A stretch of 53,060 bases of DNA, taken from positions 1-53,060 of the IMG/VR virus record IMGVR_UViG_3300048848_000290. One strand, 5' to 3'. Position 1 is the first letter of the stretch; each line of letters begins with the position of its first letter. The stretch comes from a virus (lineage: Duplodnaviria > Caudoviricetes). Shown one piece after another: positions 1 to 8,391 of the stretch. The translations under genes were made by a program, and so were the position numbers. A model generated the notes under the pieces. That model made no database searches. It was not told the origin of the DNA and was given only the letters and a program-made list of their open reading frames with translations.

Positions 1-849
1 TCACGCCCTCCCGCCCAGGCCGCGAACTGCCTCGACGAAATGCACGATTTCGCCGATAACGCCGAATTTCCGAAGTTCGGACTTGAGAACCGAATTTTCT
101 GCCAAGGCATCCGCTTTGATATTGATGCCTTCCTGGGTGAGGGCCGGGAGGTAGGAAATGTCTGAAGCCAGATTGTCGATCTTCAACTCGGCCTGCCGTA
201 TCCGCTCCTTCGCCGCATCGACGCCCGACATCATCCGAAGCCGCGCCGTCTCGGCTTCATATGCTTTCGCGACCGGAAGCCTATTCCTGCAGCTTCGGAT
301 ACCCTCGTCGAGATCAGCTCGGTTTCGAGCGAGAGACTTTTCGGTCCGGCCAGATGGGGTGCACTTCTCCAGATTGGATATCACCTCCTCGGCACGGGCG
401 GCAGTCAGGAGGTAGAAACACGTTCTCGGGGTTTCCTGGTGCTGTTTCGCAGTAAAGCGCTTGGTGAGGACGCTGGTATCCCGCATCAGGTAGCGACCAA
501 GAATATCGCGTTCGGCATTTTTCCCGACACCATAGCCGGACTGTGCGTTGGCGCCTTCCAAAAGCTCCTCAGGAGCAAGTGGCCAGCGGTGTTTCCATTC
601 GTCCGCAAGCCCCTCCAGCGCGGCCTTGGCTTCTTCCTGCTCGGCGCGAGCTGCCAGCAGGTCGGCGTGAGCCTGCAGCAGATCGGGGTTCTCCTCCGGT
701 AAATTCGTAACCGTTGCGGATTTCGCCGGGGAAGGCGTTGCGACGACGGCGACGGATGCCGATGCGGCGGCGATACCGGTGAGCATCTGGCGGCGGTTCA
801 GAACCGGTTCCATGCTGGCGGCGACTGTGATAGTTTTGCTGTTAGCCAT
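1..849 (-). CDS. Hypothetical prophage protein with twin-arginine (Tat)-like N-terminus
   Basis: 282 aa ORF; LNRRQMLTG followed by an Ala/Val-rich stretch; GAGGA RBS upstream. Confidence 0.65.
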   Translation of the reverse strand: MANSKTITVAASMEPVLNRRQMLTGIAAASASVAVVATPSPAKSATVTNLPEENPDLLQAHADLLAARAEQEEAKAALEGLADEWKHRWPLAPEELLEGANAQSGYGVGKNAERDILGRYLMRDTSVLTKRFTAKQHQETPRTCFYLLTAARAEEVISNLEKCTPSGRTEKSLARNRADLDEGIRSCRNRLPVAKAYEAETARLRMMSGVDAAKERIRQAELKIDNLASDISYLPALTQEGINIKADALAENSVLKSELRKFGVIGEIVHFVEAVRGLGGRA

Positions 850-921
850 TTTCGTTCCTCGTGAGGGTTCGTTTTGGTGAGGATCGGTCAGGGCCTGGTA
901 TCCCTTTCCGATCCGCTCTGC

Positions 922-1272
922 TCAGACTGCTTTGGTGGTGAGGGTGGATGCGGCCAAGAGACCAAGTGTCTCTTTGGTGAACTCGCCGCACCATGCTTCG
1001 TATTCGACGAGCAAAGCGATCCGCAGGCGCTCATCGTCTTTATCGGCCATCGGCCTTTCTCTCAGGCTGCTGATGAGATCCCATCGCTCCCCCGACAACA
1101 TTTCCTGCAGCCCGAAAACGTAGTCAGCCGCCGGCGTGTAGTCCTCGCCATCGTCCAGGCAGTGGTTGCCGGCCATGACCAGCGCTTCTTCCGCGGTCAT
1201 GATCGCTCGGTAGGCCTTCTGGTAATCGGTCACTGTCGCCGAAGCGAAGTCCAAAGGGGTAATCGTTCTCAC
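922..1272 (-). CDS. Hypothetical protein
   Basis: 116 aa ORF, AAGGAGAG RBS, divergent from the XRE gene. Confidence 0.6.
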   Translation of the reverse strand: MRTITPLDFASATVTDYQKAYRAIMTAEEALVMAGNHCLDDGEDYTPAADYVFGLQEMLSGERWDLISSLRERPMADKDDERLRIALLVEYEAWCGEFTKETLGLLAASTLTTKAV

Positions 1273-1290
1273 GGGTCTCTCCTTGCAACT

Positions 1291-1367
1291 TGATCCCTTA
1301 GAGATTATTTAATACATTAGGGGTATCACTTCAAGCCCTGATGTATCATTTAATCTGAAAAGGATCA
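1291..1367. promoter_or_regulatory. Divergent promoter/operator region with imperfect inverted repeat
   Basis: 1291-1322 matches the reverse complement of 1336-1367 at 25/32; 17-bp boxes TGATCCCTTAGAGATTA (1291-1307) and TAATCTGAAAAGGATCA (1351-1367); AT-rich. Confidence 0.65.
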
Positions 1368-1370
1368 TTC

Positions 1371-1610
1371 GTGAGAGCAGAGCAGGTACGGGCAGCGAGG
1401 GCACTGTTGCGTTGGTCGCAGGCAGACTTATCCGAGCGGTGCAAAGTGTCAGTCCCGACAATCAAACGGCTAGAGGCAATGGAAGGGGACCTGTCAGGCC
1501 ACCAAACCACAATTCGCGCGATTGAAGCCGCGCTCATGGAGGCTGGGATTATCTTCATCGCGCAGAATGGCGGCGGTGCCGGCGTCCGGCTCGCCAAGCC
1601 TAACCCCTAA
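1371..1610 (+). CDS. XRE-family HTH transcriptional regulator
   Basis: QVRAARALLRWSQADLS...VSVPTIKRLE...GI.FI..NGGGAGVRL, typical alphaproteobacterial XRE family. Confidence 0.9.
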   Translation: MRAEQVRAARALLRWSQADLSERCKVSVPTIKRLEAMEGDLSGHQTTIRAIEAALMEAGIIFIAQNGGGAGVRLAKPNP

Positions 1611-1789
1611 GTGAAAAGGGCAAGATTCTCACCGTGAGAACTTGACTCCGCCAAAATTACAGGCCGCGATTTTTGGGGCATTGCCGCCGAATATAACCGG
1701 TATGACTATGCGGACGAGAAGCGGGCCGCGTTGACGGCTTGGGCTGATGCCGTGGGTAAACTTGCTGCTGGTGCGTGAGCGACTGAGTA

Positions 1790-2383
1790 TTACCGCTCTT
1801 CAGTCCATTGCGCTTGAATGACGCCATCGAGCGCTTCGATTGCTCGGCCAAGCGCGCGATGGTTTATCCGCTTTCTAATCCATCCAGCTTTCTGAAAATA
1901 TGTGCCGGTTTTTGCCGCCTTGTCTAGATCACGCATGGTCCAGCGGATTTCACGGCAGCGGCGACGAACGTCGTCTAGGGCTGCAATACCAGTCAGCTTG
2001 TATGTAAGCCGGTTCTCTCGTCGGAAGCCACGGTATCGCGCCTGCGCGCAAATGTTTGCCCATCTTGAGTGCGGAAACGCGGCGCTTATTTCCTCGACTG
2101 AACCCTTGGGATACATTTTTCGAAGCTTCGCCACTTCTGCTGCCGACCACACGTGCTTGGACTTCTGGAGCCCCATCTTGGCGTGTTGCCAACGAATTGC
2201 GTTATAGGTTCGGTGCTTCAAACGCCTGCACATCGATTTATAGTCGCCACGGCAGTCTAGTAACACCTGACGCTCAGCATCGTCCCAAAGCTTCTGGCCT
2301 TTCATGGTAACGCCTGCGCGCTTCATCCTCCTTCGGGAGCGCTCACCCGAGGCAACGTTTCTGGCGTAGTAGGCTAATGACAT
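1790..2383 (-). CDS. Basic DNA-binding protein with Myb/SANT-like repeats
   Basis: Two repeats (LWDDAERQVL / VWSAAEVAKL); ATG 2383 preceded by GAGGAGG. Confidence 0.6.
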   Translation of the reverse strand: MSLAYYARNVASGERSRRRMKRAGVTMKGQKLWDDAERQVLLDCRGDYKSMCRRLKHRTYNAIRWQHAKMGLQKSKHVWSAAEVAKLRKMYPKGSVEEISAAFPHSRWANICAQARYRGFRRENRLTYKLTGIAALDDVRRRCREIRWTMRDLDKAAKTGTYFQKAGWIRKRINHRALGRAIEALDGVIQAQWTEER

Positions 2384-2536
2384 GGTGCACCTCCTCACCC
2401 AAAATGAGCGAGGAAACCCGACAACGATGTGACGACGGTGTGGCAATCCCAGATTTCCACAGGGTGTTTTGCTCAGCGTGGAAAAGCAGGGCAAATCATG
2501 ACATCGTCGGTGGGTTTAAAGAGGCAGCGATGGCAA

Positions 2537-2827
2537 ATGACGGACCCTTCAAGGCAGGCACTGATTGACCTCGTCCAGGCCCTGGCCAGGGGCCAAGCAC
2601 GAATTGATTCAGCCGCAGGCGTTCGGTGGGACGCGATCGAACTCTATTGCGATGATCCATCTCCGGAGAACGCCGCATTGGTGGTCGAACATATGATGCT
2701 CGCCATGGATCTCGCATTTAACGTGCGCCGGGGCGTGCGGAAAGCGACCTCCCGGCAGGGGAAAGGGCGAGCCTATGTCGACGAAAGCAAAGCTGATCGT
2801 ACTGGCGGCATTTCAACGGAACGATGA
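2537..2827 (+). CDS. Hypothetical protein
   Basis: ORF starting MTDPSRQALIDLVQALARGQARID; overlaps the next gene. Confidence 0.35.
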   Translation: MTDPSRQALIDLVQALARGQARIDSAAGVRWDAIELYCDDPSPENAALVVEHMMLAMDLAFNVRRGVRKATSRQGKGRAYVDESKADRTGGISTER

Positions 2828-3017
2828 TGGGGATTTGGTGCCGGCATTCGATCCGCGCCAAGTCGACACGGAAGAGCGGGCAAAGCGCGAGGCGCGGCTG
2901 ATGGCAGACCAAGATGCCGGCGTCGTCGCGTGGAGCCGGGAAGCTGACCCGGCTATCAGGGAATATGGGCCGCCGGTGATCTTGTACCAGCACGGCGATT
3001 GCCCGGACTTCGAATAA
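2775..3017 (+). CDS. Conserved small rhizobial hypothetical protein
   Basis: KLIVLAAF..NDDGDLVPAFDPRQ...GVVAWSREADP...YGPPVILYQHG motif pattern. Confidence 0.7.
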   Translation: MSTKAKLIVLAAFQRNDDGDLVPAFDPRQVDTEERAKREARLMADQDAGVVAWSREADPAIREYGPPVILYQHGDCPDFE

Positions 3018-3094
3018 TGAACCCGCTGAAAATGCATGTGGCTTTTTACGCGGCGCTGGCCATCTTTCTGTGATGTTTCACAAGGGCCTGAGTC

Positions 3095-3289
3095 TTGAGC
3101 GACGATAACGAGCTACCCAAAGCCTACACACCGAAAACCCTAGCTGAACGCTGGCTCTGTTCCGAGCGCCATGTCCGGAACCTAATCGATCGTGGCCATC
3201 TGCCTGCCTTCTGTCTCGGCGGCAAGCTCCTCCCTATTCGTAGGGAAGACGTCGAAGCGTTTGAGGCTGACGGCGGAATGAAGCAATAG
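3095..3289 (+). CDS. Excisionase-like HTH (HTH_17/MerR-type) protein
   Basis: YTPKTLAERWLCSERHVRNLIDRGHLPAF.LGGKLL.IRREDVEAFE. Confidence 0.8.
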   Translation: MSDDNELPKAYTPKTLAERWLCSERHVRNLIDRGHLPAFCLGGKLLPIRREDVEAFEADGGMKQ

Positions 3290-3300
3290 CCAGAGGACCA

Positions 3301-3981
3301 TTGATGACGCGAGCCGCTTTCCGCCAAGCCGACATCGAACGCATCATCCGGGCCACCGAGAAGACAGGGGCGGCCGTACAGGTGGATCTAAAGTCGCTTG
3401 TGGTGACCATATTTCCGGGTGCGGGGACTGCTCCAAAGCTGGTCGCGCCGACCTATCTTGCGCCTGATGGCTTAGAGAATTGGGACGACGAGCCCGTTCG
3501 AAATAATTCCGCTCGCCGTTCTTCAACCAACCCGATCGACTACCGCAGTACTAACCACGCCCCCCTGAAGGGCAAGGGAGGCTATGAGATATTCGATGAC
3601 CCAAGCCACCCGCTAAAACAGTATTACGACAAGTTGGGATTCGATCCTCGCACGATGAATAGTTCGGACATGGCGCGCCTCCGCGAGGAAGCAGACGCGA
3701 GATGGAAAGCCTCGATACCAGGGACGGAGCTTGGCAAACGTGAGAAATCCGCGTTGGGAAAAATGGTGGTAATTGGTGTGGACGTCCACGTCCTCGCGAG
3801 AGATGTGAAGGGATGCGGAGACGACACGCTCGACCGGCTAGAGGCCCGCGGGTTCATCGGTCGCAAGCAACTCATGCCCCCCGAGAAGGTTAAGGCCGGA
3901 TATAGCCAAGAGGAGATCTGGTTGCTTCAGCCCGGCTTGGAGGCCTTCCAGGCTTCGTATCTGAAACGCGAGCAACTTTAA
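3301..3981 (+). CDS. Hypothetical protein
   Basis: 226 aa ORF directly after the excisionase-like gene; GAGGA RBS. Confidence 0.6.
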   Translation: MMTRAAFRQADIERIIRATEKTGAAVQVDLKSLVVTIFPGAGTAPKLVAPTYLAPDGLENWDDEPVRNNSARRSSTNPIDYRSTNHAPLKGKGGYEIFDDPSHPLKQYYDKLGFDPRTMNSSDMARLREEADARWKASIPGTELGKREKSALGKMVVIGVDVHVLARDVKGCGDDTLDRLEARGFIGRKQLMPPEKVKAGYSQEEIWLLQPGLEAFQASYLKREQL

Positions 3982-4152
3982 CGGCTTGACGCCGGTGTGG
4001 GGGGAGTCCACCGCCCCGATTGCTTACTTCGCAATTAACATCCACAGCCAGTGTCCCAGCGGCTTCAGTGATCTCCAATTGGAGCGTACCGCCCCCCTAG
4101 ACAACCTTCCTTCACGCTCTATGTCGGGCTCATCCACTGGGCGGAGACAGCA

Positions 4153-4416
4153 ATGAGCGTCATAAGGGTCAATTTCGATACGGAATGGGAAGTACCCGTC
4201 TTCGTAAACCGCGAGGGCTTCCATGACCTCGCCATTGACGGCCCAAAAGAAGCACTAAGATACATGCGAAACGACTTTCCGCGGAGGGGCAGCGAGCTGT
4301 ATTGGAACGCGATCGATGCATGCTATGCTGCGCTCCGATTCAGAACCGACCCAGAGCGAGCACGAGCCTACTTTATCGCCGCTTGGGGCGAACAGCAAAG
4401 CCGATTGCATTCTTGA
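4153..4416 (+). CDS. DUF982-family protein
   Basis: W..PV.V...I.GP.EAL..M...FP...A..AC..AL......AR..FIAA; GGAG RBS. Confidence 0.8.
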   Translation: MSVIRVNFDTEWEVPVFVNREGFHDLAIDGPKEALRYMRNDFPRRGSELYWNAIDACYAALRFRTDPERARAYFIAAWGEQQSRLHS

Positions 4417-4470
4417 TCGCAGCCCTATTGCGGGGACGGGATTTATTCCCGTCCGTCCCCCTGTTTGGAT

Positions 4471-4495
4471 GGAACTGATTCGCGCGACGGGCATT
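4471..4495 (+). promoter_or_regulatory. sigma-EcfG/RpoE2-type promoter motif
   Basis: GGAAC-N18-TT (-10 GCATT), intergenic. Confidence 0.5.
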
Positions 4496-4502
4496 GAATT
4501 GT

Positions 4503-4580
4503 CGTCGCGAGGGCAAATCCCCGTCCCCATTAGAACGTTCGTCGCCCCACGAACACGCTCTCGCGACGCCCTCCCCTTAA
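4503..4580 (+). ncRNA. Candidate structured small RNA
   Basis: CGTCGCGAG (4503-4511) pairs with CTCGCGACG (4560-4568), enclosing hairpin GTTCGT-CGCCCC-ACGAAC; C-rich single-stranded parts; begins about 8 nt after the promoter motif. Confidence 0.35.
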
Positions 4581-4919
4581 CGCGCTTATCCCAGTGAAGC
4601 GCTTCGGCTTGCCGACTTCTTTCGGGACTCTATTTCCTCTCTATGAGCGACATCCCTCCCCCCACTGTCGCTGTTGGCGACGACAAGCGGCACCTGTTCT
4701 GCCAGATGGCGATCGAGATCCCTTTGCAGGATCTAATCCAGGCTGCAGTAAAGGCCGGATGGGACGCCGAGCGTTGCAGAACCTAAGCCGCCTGGGTGCA
4801 ATACACGGTTTGCCTTTCATAGGCGCGCGCCAGAGCCAGAGCTTGATCGAATGACTTAATTGCGCAAACGTAGGCTATATCTTACCATCAGCGGCGCTTT
4901 TGCTAAGAGAGTGACTTAG

Positions 4920-5807
4920 ATGTTAAGTACTATTAGACAAAAAGGGATCGGAGGCTTTTGGTCTGAAGGTAGATTATCTGCCTTGGAAAGGGCTTGCATA
5001 CAATCATACCTCAATTTGGGCCTCAGTTATACAATATTCTCATACGGCCCGTTGGGTAATATACCGGATGGCATTTTGGTCGAAGACGCAAATAAGATAG
5101 TTCCTCATTCGATGAGGCAGAGGATCATATATAACGGAAAACCTGACTTGTCGCACTTTTCGGATCTTTTCAGATTTGAAATGATCAGTCAGAGGGATTT
5201 GGTGTGGCATGATTTGGACGTAATGCTAATCGCAGATAAGCCGCTGCCAGAGTATAACGATATCATCGTCAGAGAGGAGCAGGGCGGGATCAATGGAGCA
5301 ATACTTTATGTCTCTGACACAAAAATTATCGATTATTGCTTAGACGAGATACATAAACTGCTGGACCGAGAGCTCACATGGGGCCAGACGGGACCGAGAT
5401 TGCTTGTGGAAGCAATCAACAAATCGGGGCGCCAGATAAACACTTATAATCATGAATATTTCTATCCAATAGAGCATTACGACATATGGAAAGCATTCCA
5501 TCCTGGATATTACTCGTTCTGCAAGGAAAAGTGTGAGTCCGCACTGACCATCCATTTATTCAACAATATTTTAAACAGTATCGGGATGTGGAAAGATATG
5601 GCACCCCCAAAAGGTTGCTTCATGGATGAGCAACTTGAAAAAATGGATCTGCTCCGGCTCTTTAGGGATACCTACCCTGAGAAAGTCATGACTTCTATTT
5701 TGGAAAATTTTCAATATCGGCAAAATGGCAAGGCGCTCGGCATTAAAACAATTATTCGGGAAATCGCACCAAGCATTTATCGTACCTACAAGCACTATCG
5801 AAGATAG
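4920..5807 (+). CDS. Glycosyltransferase, alpha-1,4-GT/GT32-like (DxD)
   Basis: SHFSDLFRF...WHDLDV (DxD)...INGAIL...WGQTGPRLL...FYPI motifs; visibly AT-rich relative to flanks. Confidence 0.8.
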   Translation: MLSTIRQKGIGGFWSEGRLSALERACIQSYLNLGLSYTIFSYGPLGNIPDGILVEDANKIVPHSMRQRIIYNGKPDLSHFSDLFRFEMISQRDLVWHDLDVMLIADKPLPEYNDIIVREEQGGINGAILYVSDTKIIDYCLDEIHKLLDRELTWGQTGPRLLVEAINKSGRQINTYNHEYFYPIEHYDIWKAFHPGYYSFCKEKCESALTIHLFNNILNSIGMWKDMAPPKGCFMDEQLEKMDLLRLFRDTYPEKVMTSILENFQYRQNGKALGIKTIIREIAPSIYRTYKHYRR

Positions 5808-5976
5808 AATTTGGCGAACAAAATTGCTGGTTCGGCGCCTCGATGCTGGTCTCGGTCTCCTCGAAGGGCATGTTGCTCCTCGTCAATGTCTGGAGATGCA
5901 AATCTGCGACCCAGGACTCTAGAGGTTCGGCGCGCTTCGGAAAGCGCTGAGAGAATCTGGATTAGACGGCGCCCCG

Positions 5977-6001
5977 AAGAAAGGCCCGCCGAAGCGGGCT
6001 T
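5977..6001 (-). terminator. Rho-independent terminator
   Basis: Minus strand AAGCCCGC-TTCG-GCGGGCCTTTCTT. Confidence 0.6.
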
Positions 6002-6307
6002 AGACGATCTCCTTCCCTCGCTCGTCCATAGGATGGAAATGCATAACACCTGCAGCCTAGTCTTTGCCGAGGTCATTCTCGCCAAATTTCAATCCGCCAG
6101 CCTGCTGCGTTAAATCAGCGACGGGATGATTGCGCGGATATCCTGCGAGCTTGTTGACCGCGCGGCTACGGCCGGCAAATACTATTCGACGTTTAGCCAC
6201 TTTGGATCAGCTACGCCTTTCGCCCATCCTTCGATGTGCTGGCATGACATGGCGGAGTAATCGGTTCATCGTCACGAAAGTCATGTCTAAAGCAAAGGAG
6301 GAATGCT

Positions 6308-6544
6308 GTGATGTCAACGAAGTTGCTGCAGATTATCACTCTGAGCGCGGGGATGGTCCTTGCCGGGACGGGCTTCTCGGCGAGTTATGCGTGCGGAGCC
6401 GGCGAGTGTGAACCGCCGCCTGAAACCTCCAAAGGCAACAACGGCTGGGGACAGGAAAAGAACCAAGGAACGAACGACGGGACCAACGCTGGTAGTGACA
6501 ATGGTGGCACCGCCGCTTCCAAGACCGCGAGCACCGACAGGTAA
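6308..6544 (+). CDS. Small secreted Gly/Asn-rich protein
   Basis: Signal-peptide-like N-terminus, CGAGEC and KGNNGWG motifs; AAGGAGG RBS. Confidence 0.7.
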   Translation: MMSTKLLQIITLSAGMVLAGTGFSASYACGAGECEPPPETSKGNNGWGQEKNQGTNDGTNAGSDNGGTAASKTASTDR

Positions 6545-7294
6545 ACCCGCGACTGCTTCGGCGGCGTGGCATCGCGACGCCGCCGATTCCATCTGACCCA
6601 GGCGGACCGATTCTCCGGGAACAACACTCAGTAGGTTGTTCAACTGGGAGGCGCCCCATATACTGAGCACCGTCAGGAGAATTATGAGGATAAGGAGCGC
6701 GATTTTCGGCTTTTTCTTCATCCTCTCGAACTAGCTCCCCATGTCCCACTTGCAATAGGACTAAAGGCCGGGCGCACGCAGCTACCCCTGAAACTTCATC
6801 CCGAGTTTGCAAGCAGCGTCAACGTCTGCTCCTCGTCACGTCGCGAGCGATGAGCAAGGTGGCGGTTTCTCCGTGGACATAATTCAAGCGCCACCATAGC
6901 CTCGGCCGTGAACGCGACCATTATTGAAGTGCCATCCGAGGCGTTTCACCTAATCGGCTGCAGCCAGGTTTTTCGATCCGGCATGATGTCCCGAATATGA
7001 AAGAAAGGCCCGCCCGTTTGTTCGTCGCCCACGAACCCACTCGCGCGCGCCCCCTCACCTCAGATGCGCCAATCCGCCACACTGCATTAGCTTGCGCTCA
7101 TGGGTGCCGCCCGCCATATCGACGCCGCGGGCGCTTCGCCGGATACTCTCCTATCCGCGTGCCCGTCGCCCGATGCAGGGATCACAAGAGGCCTGCGTCG
7201 GGCTCCTTTCGGCAACCTGCGGATCGCTAATATTGCGGATAACCTGGTGCTAGTTCACGGGTAGAACGCCGACCTGACTCTGGAATAGCGGACG

Positions 7295-7319
7295 GGAACC
7301 TTCCTTGCCGCGTTCGGTT
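7295..7319 (+). promoter_or_regulatory. sigma-EcfG/RpoE2-type promoter motif
   Basis: GGAAC-N18-TT (-10 GGTT), 23 nt before ATG 7343. Confidence 0.65.
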
Positions 7320-7342
7320 GGGTAAGCCAAAAGGAGAGGACA

Positions 7343-7621
7343 ATGACCAGCAGAATCACCACCGCCTTGATCTTTAACCTTTGCCTCGCTCTTCCCGCCG
7401 CAGCCCAACAAGGCGGAACCTTTACGCCGGACACCACGAACATGCAGGGAACCAATTCAGGTGGCCCAGTGGGCTCTCAAGCGATCGAACGGCCGAAGAA
7501 TGCGATACCCAACTCGGTCGGCAAAGCCGGGCAGGATTGCCAGAAGATGGCGAATACTGTTTCAGGTGAGCGGCCGTCGACGTCCAATCAGCAGGAACAG
7601 CAGCCGCAGCGAAAGTGTTAG
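7343..7621 (+). CDS. Small secreted low-complexity protein
   Basis: Sec signal ending PAAAQ; AGGAGAGG RBS; two Cys. Confidence 0.7.
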   Translation: MTSRITTALIFNLCLALPAAAQQGGTFTPDTTNMQGTNSGGPVGSQAIERPKNAIPNSVGKAGQDCQKMANTVSGERPSTSNQQEQQPQRKC

Positions 7622-7640
7622 AACCCGTAGCGCGATCTGT

Positions 7641-7755
7641 TCAATCCGGCACCCGATAAATTTCGGACGTATCATCCGGATCGCGAAGCCCCTTGAATGG
7701 CGCAAACCGCAGCTTCCCGTCGCTCGTCCATGCGCGGTATTTCAGCGTGAGACGG
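7641..7755 (-). pseudogene. C-terminal remnant of ATP-dependent (LigD/LigC-type) DNA ligase
   Basis: KYRAWTSDGKLRFAPFKGLRDPDD resembles the ligase OB-fold C-terminal motif; no catalytic domain upstream. Confidence 0.65.
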
Positions 7756-7766
7756 TAAGACCCTAG

Positions 7767-7791
7767 GGAACAGTCCTCTCGGGAGACCGTT
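7767..7791 (+). promoter_or_regulatory. sigma-EcfG/RpoE2-type promoter motif
   Basis: GGAAC-N16-CGTT, full consensus, upstream of ORF 7831. Confidence 0.7.
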
Positions 7792-7830
7792 AGGAGCCGC
7801 GAATTTCTCCGACTTAACCGCTTGGAGTGA

Positions 7831-8037
7831 TTGGGTTTGAAAGAATACAAGGTCTATATCGAGGTCGCCGGTCAGAAGGTGCTAGATAGAAGCCGGATTA
7901 AAGAAACCGATCTGCTGATCGCGATCTCCGGCTGTTACAAGGCGAAATCTCCAAAGATAGTGATCGCTCACGCCATCCTGCAGGGCGGCGCGTATGTTGA
8001 CCCACCGTTCCGTATAAGCCTGACCAAGCTCGACTGA
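7831..8037 (+). CDS. Small hypothetical protein
   Basis: 68 aa, TTG start with GGAG RBS and upstream promoter motif. Confidence 0.5.
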   Translation: MGLKEYKVYIEVAGQKVLDRSRIKETDLLIAISGCYKAKSPKIVIAHAILQGGAYVDPPFRISLTKLD

Positions 8038-8251
8038 TGGCGCGCTTCACCGATAGGATGTTCGGTCGTTGAGTATCGTTACAACCACTGGGTCATGCGC
8101 GTCCGCCAGTCGGTCGAGAAATAGACGTCGGCGACATCGTCCCCATTAGAACGAGTTATAGACTTGATGCAATGATCGGAAGTGCGAAATAGCAGTTGCC
8201 ATGTGCCCGGGCGGGTACCATTGAGTGCATCCAGTGAACAGGTGCCCAAAG

Positions 8252-8286
8252 GAAAGCCCGCGTCAATCCCCGGAGGCGCGGGCTTT
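8252..8286. terminator. Intrinsic terminator hairpin (possibly bidirectional)
   Basis: AAAGCCCGCGTC...GGCGCGGGCTTT between convergent genes. Confidence 0.55.
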
Positions 8287-8391
8287 CGCAGCCGGGGCTC
8301 TTCTCAGCCCGACCCATTCCCCGAGCTTAAGCCTGTTGGGCCAGAGCGATCAATTCCATCAAAGGGAGTATTGCAAGACGCCGTATAGACG

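Noticed and set aside
6314-6721. 135-aa minus-strand ORF with N-terminal TM
   Set aside because: 3' half overlaps the better-supported 6308-6544 gene; at most a short membrane peptide, not supportable
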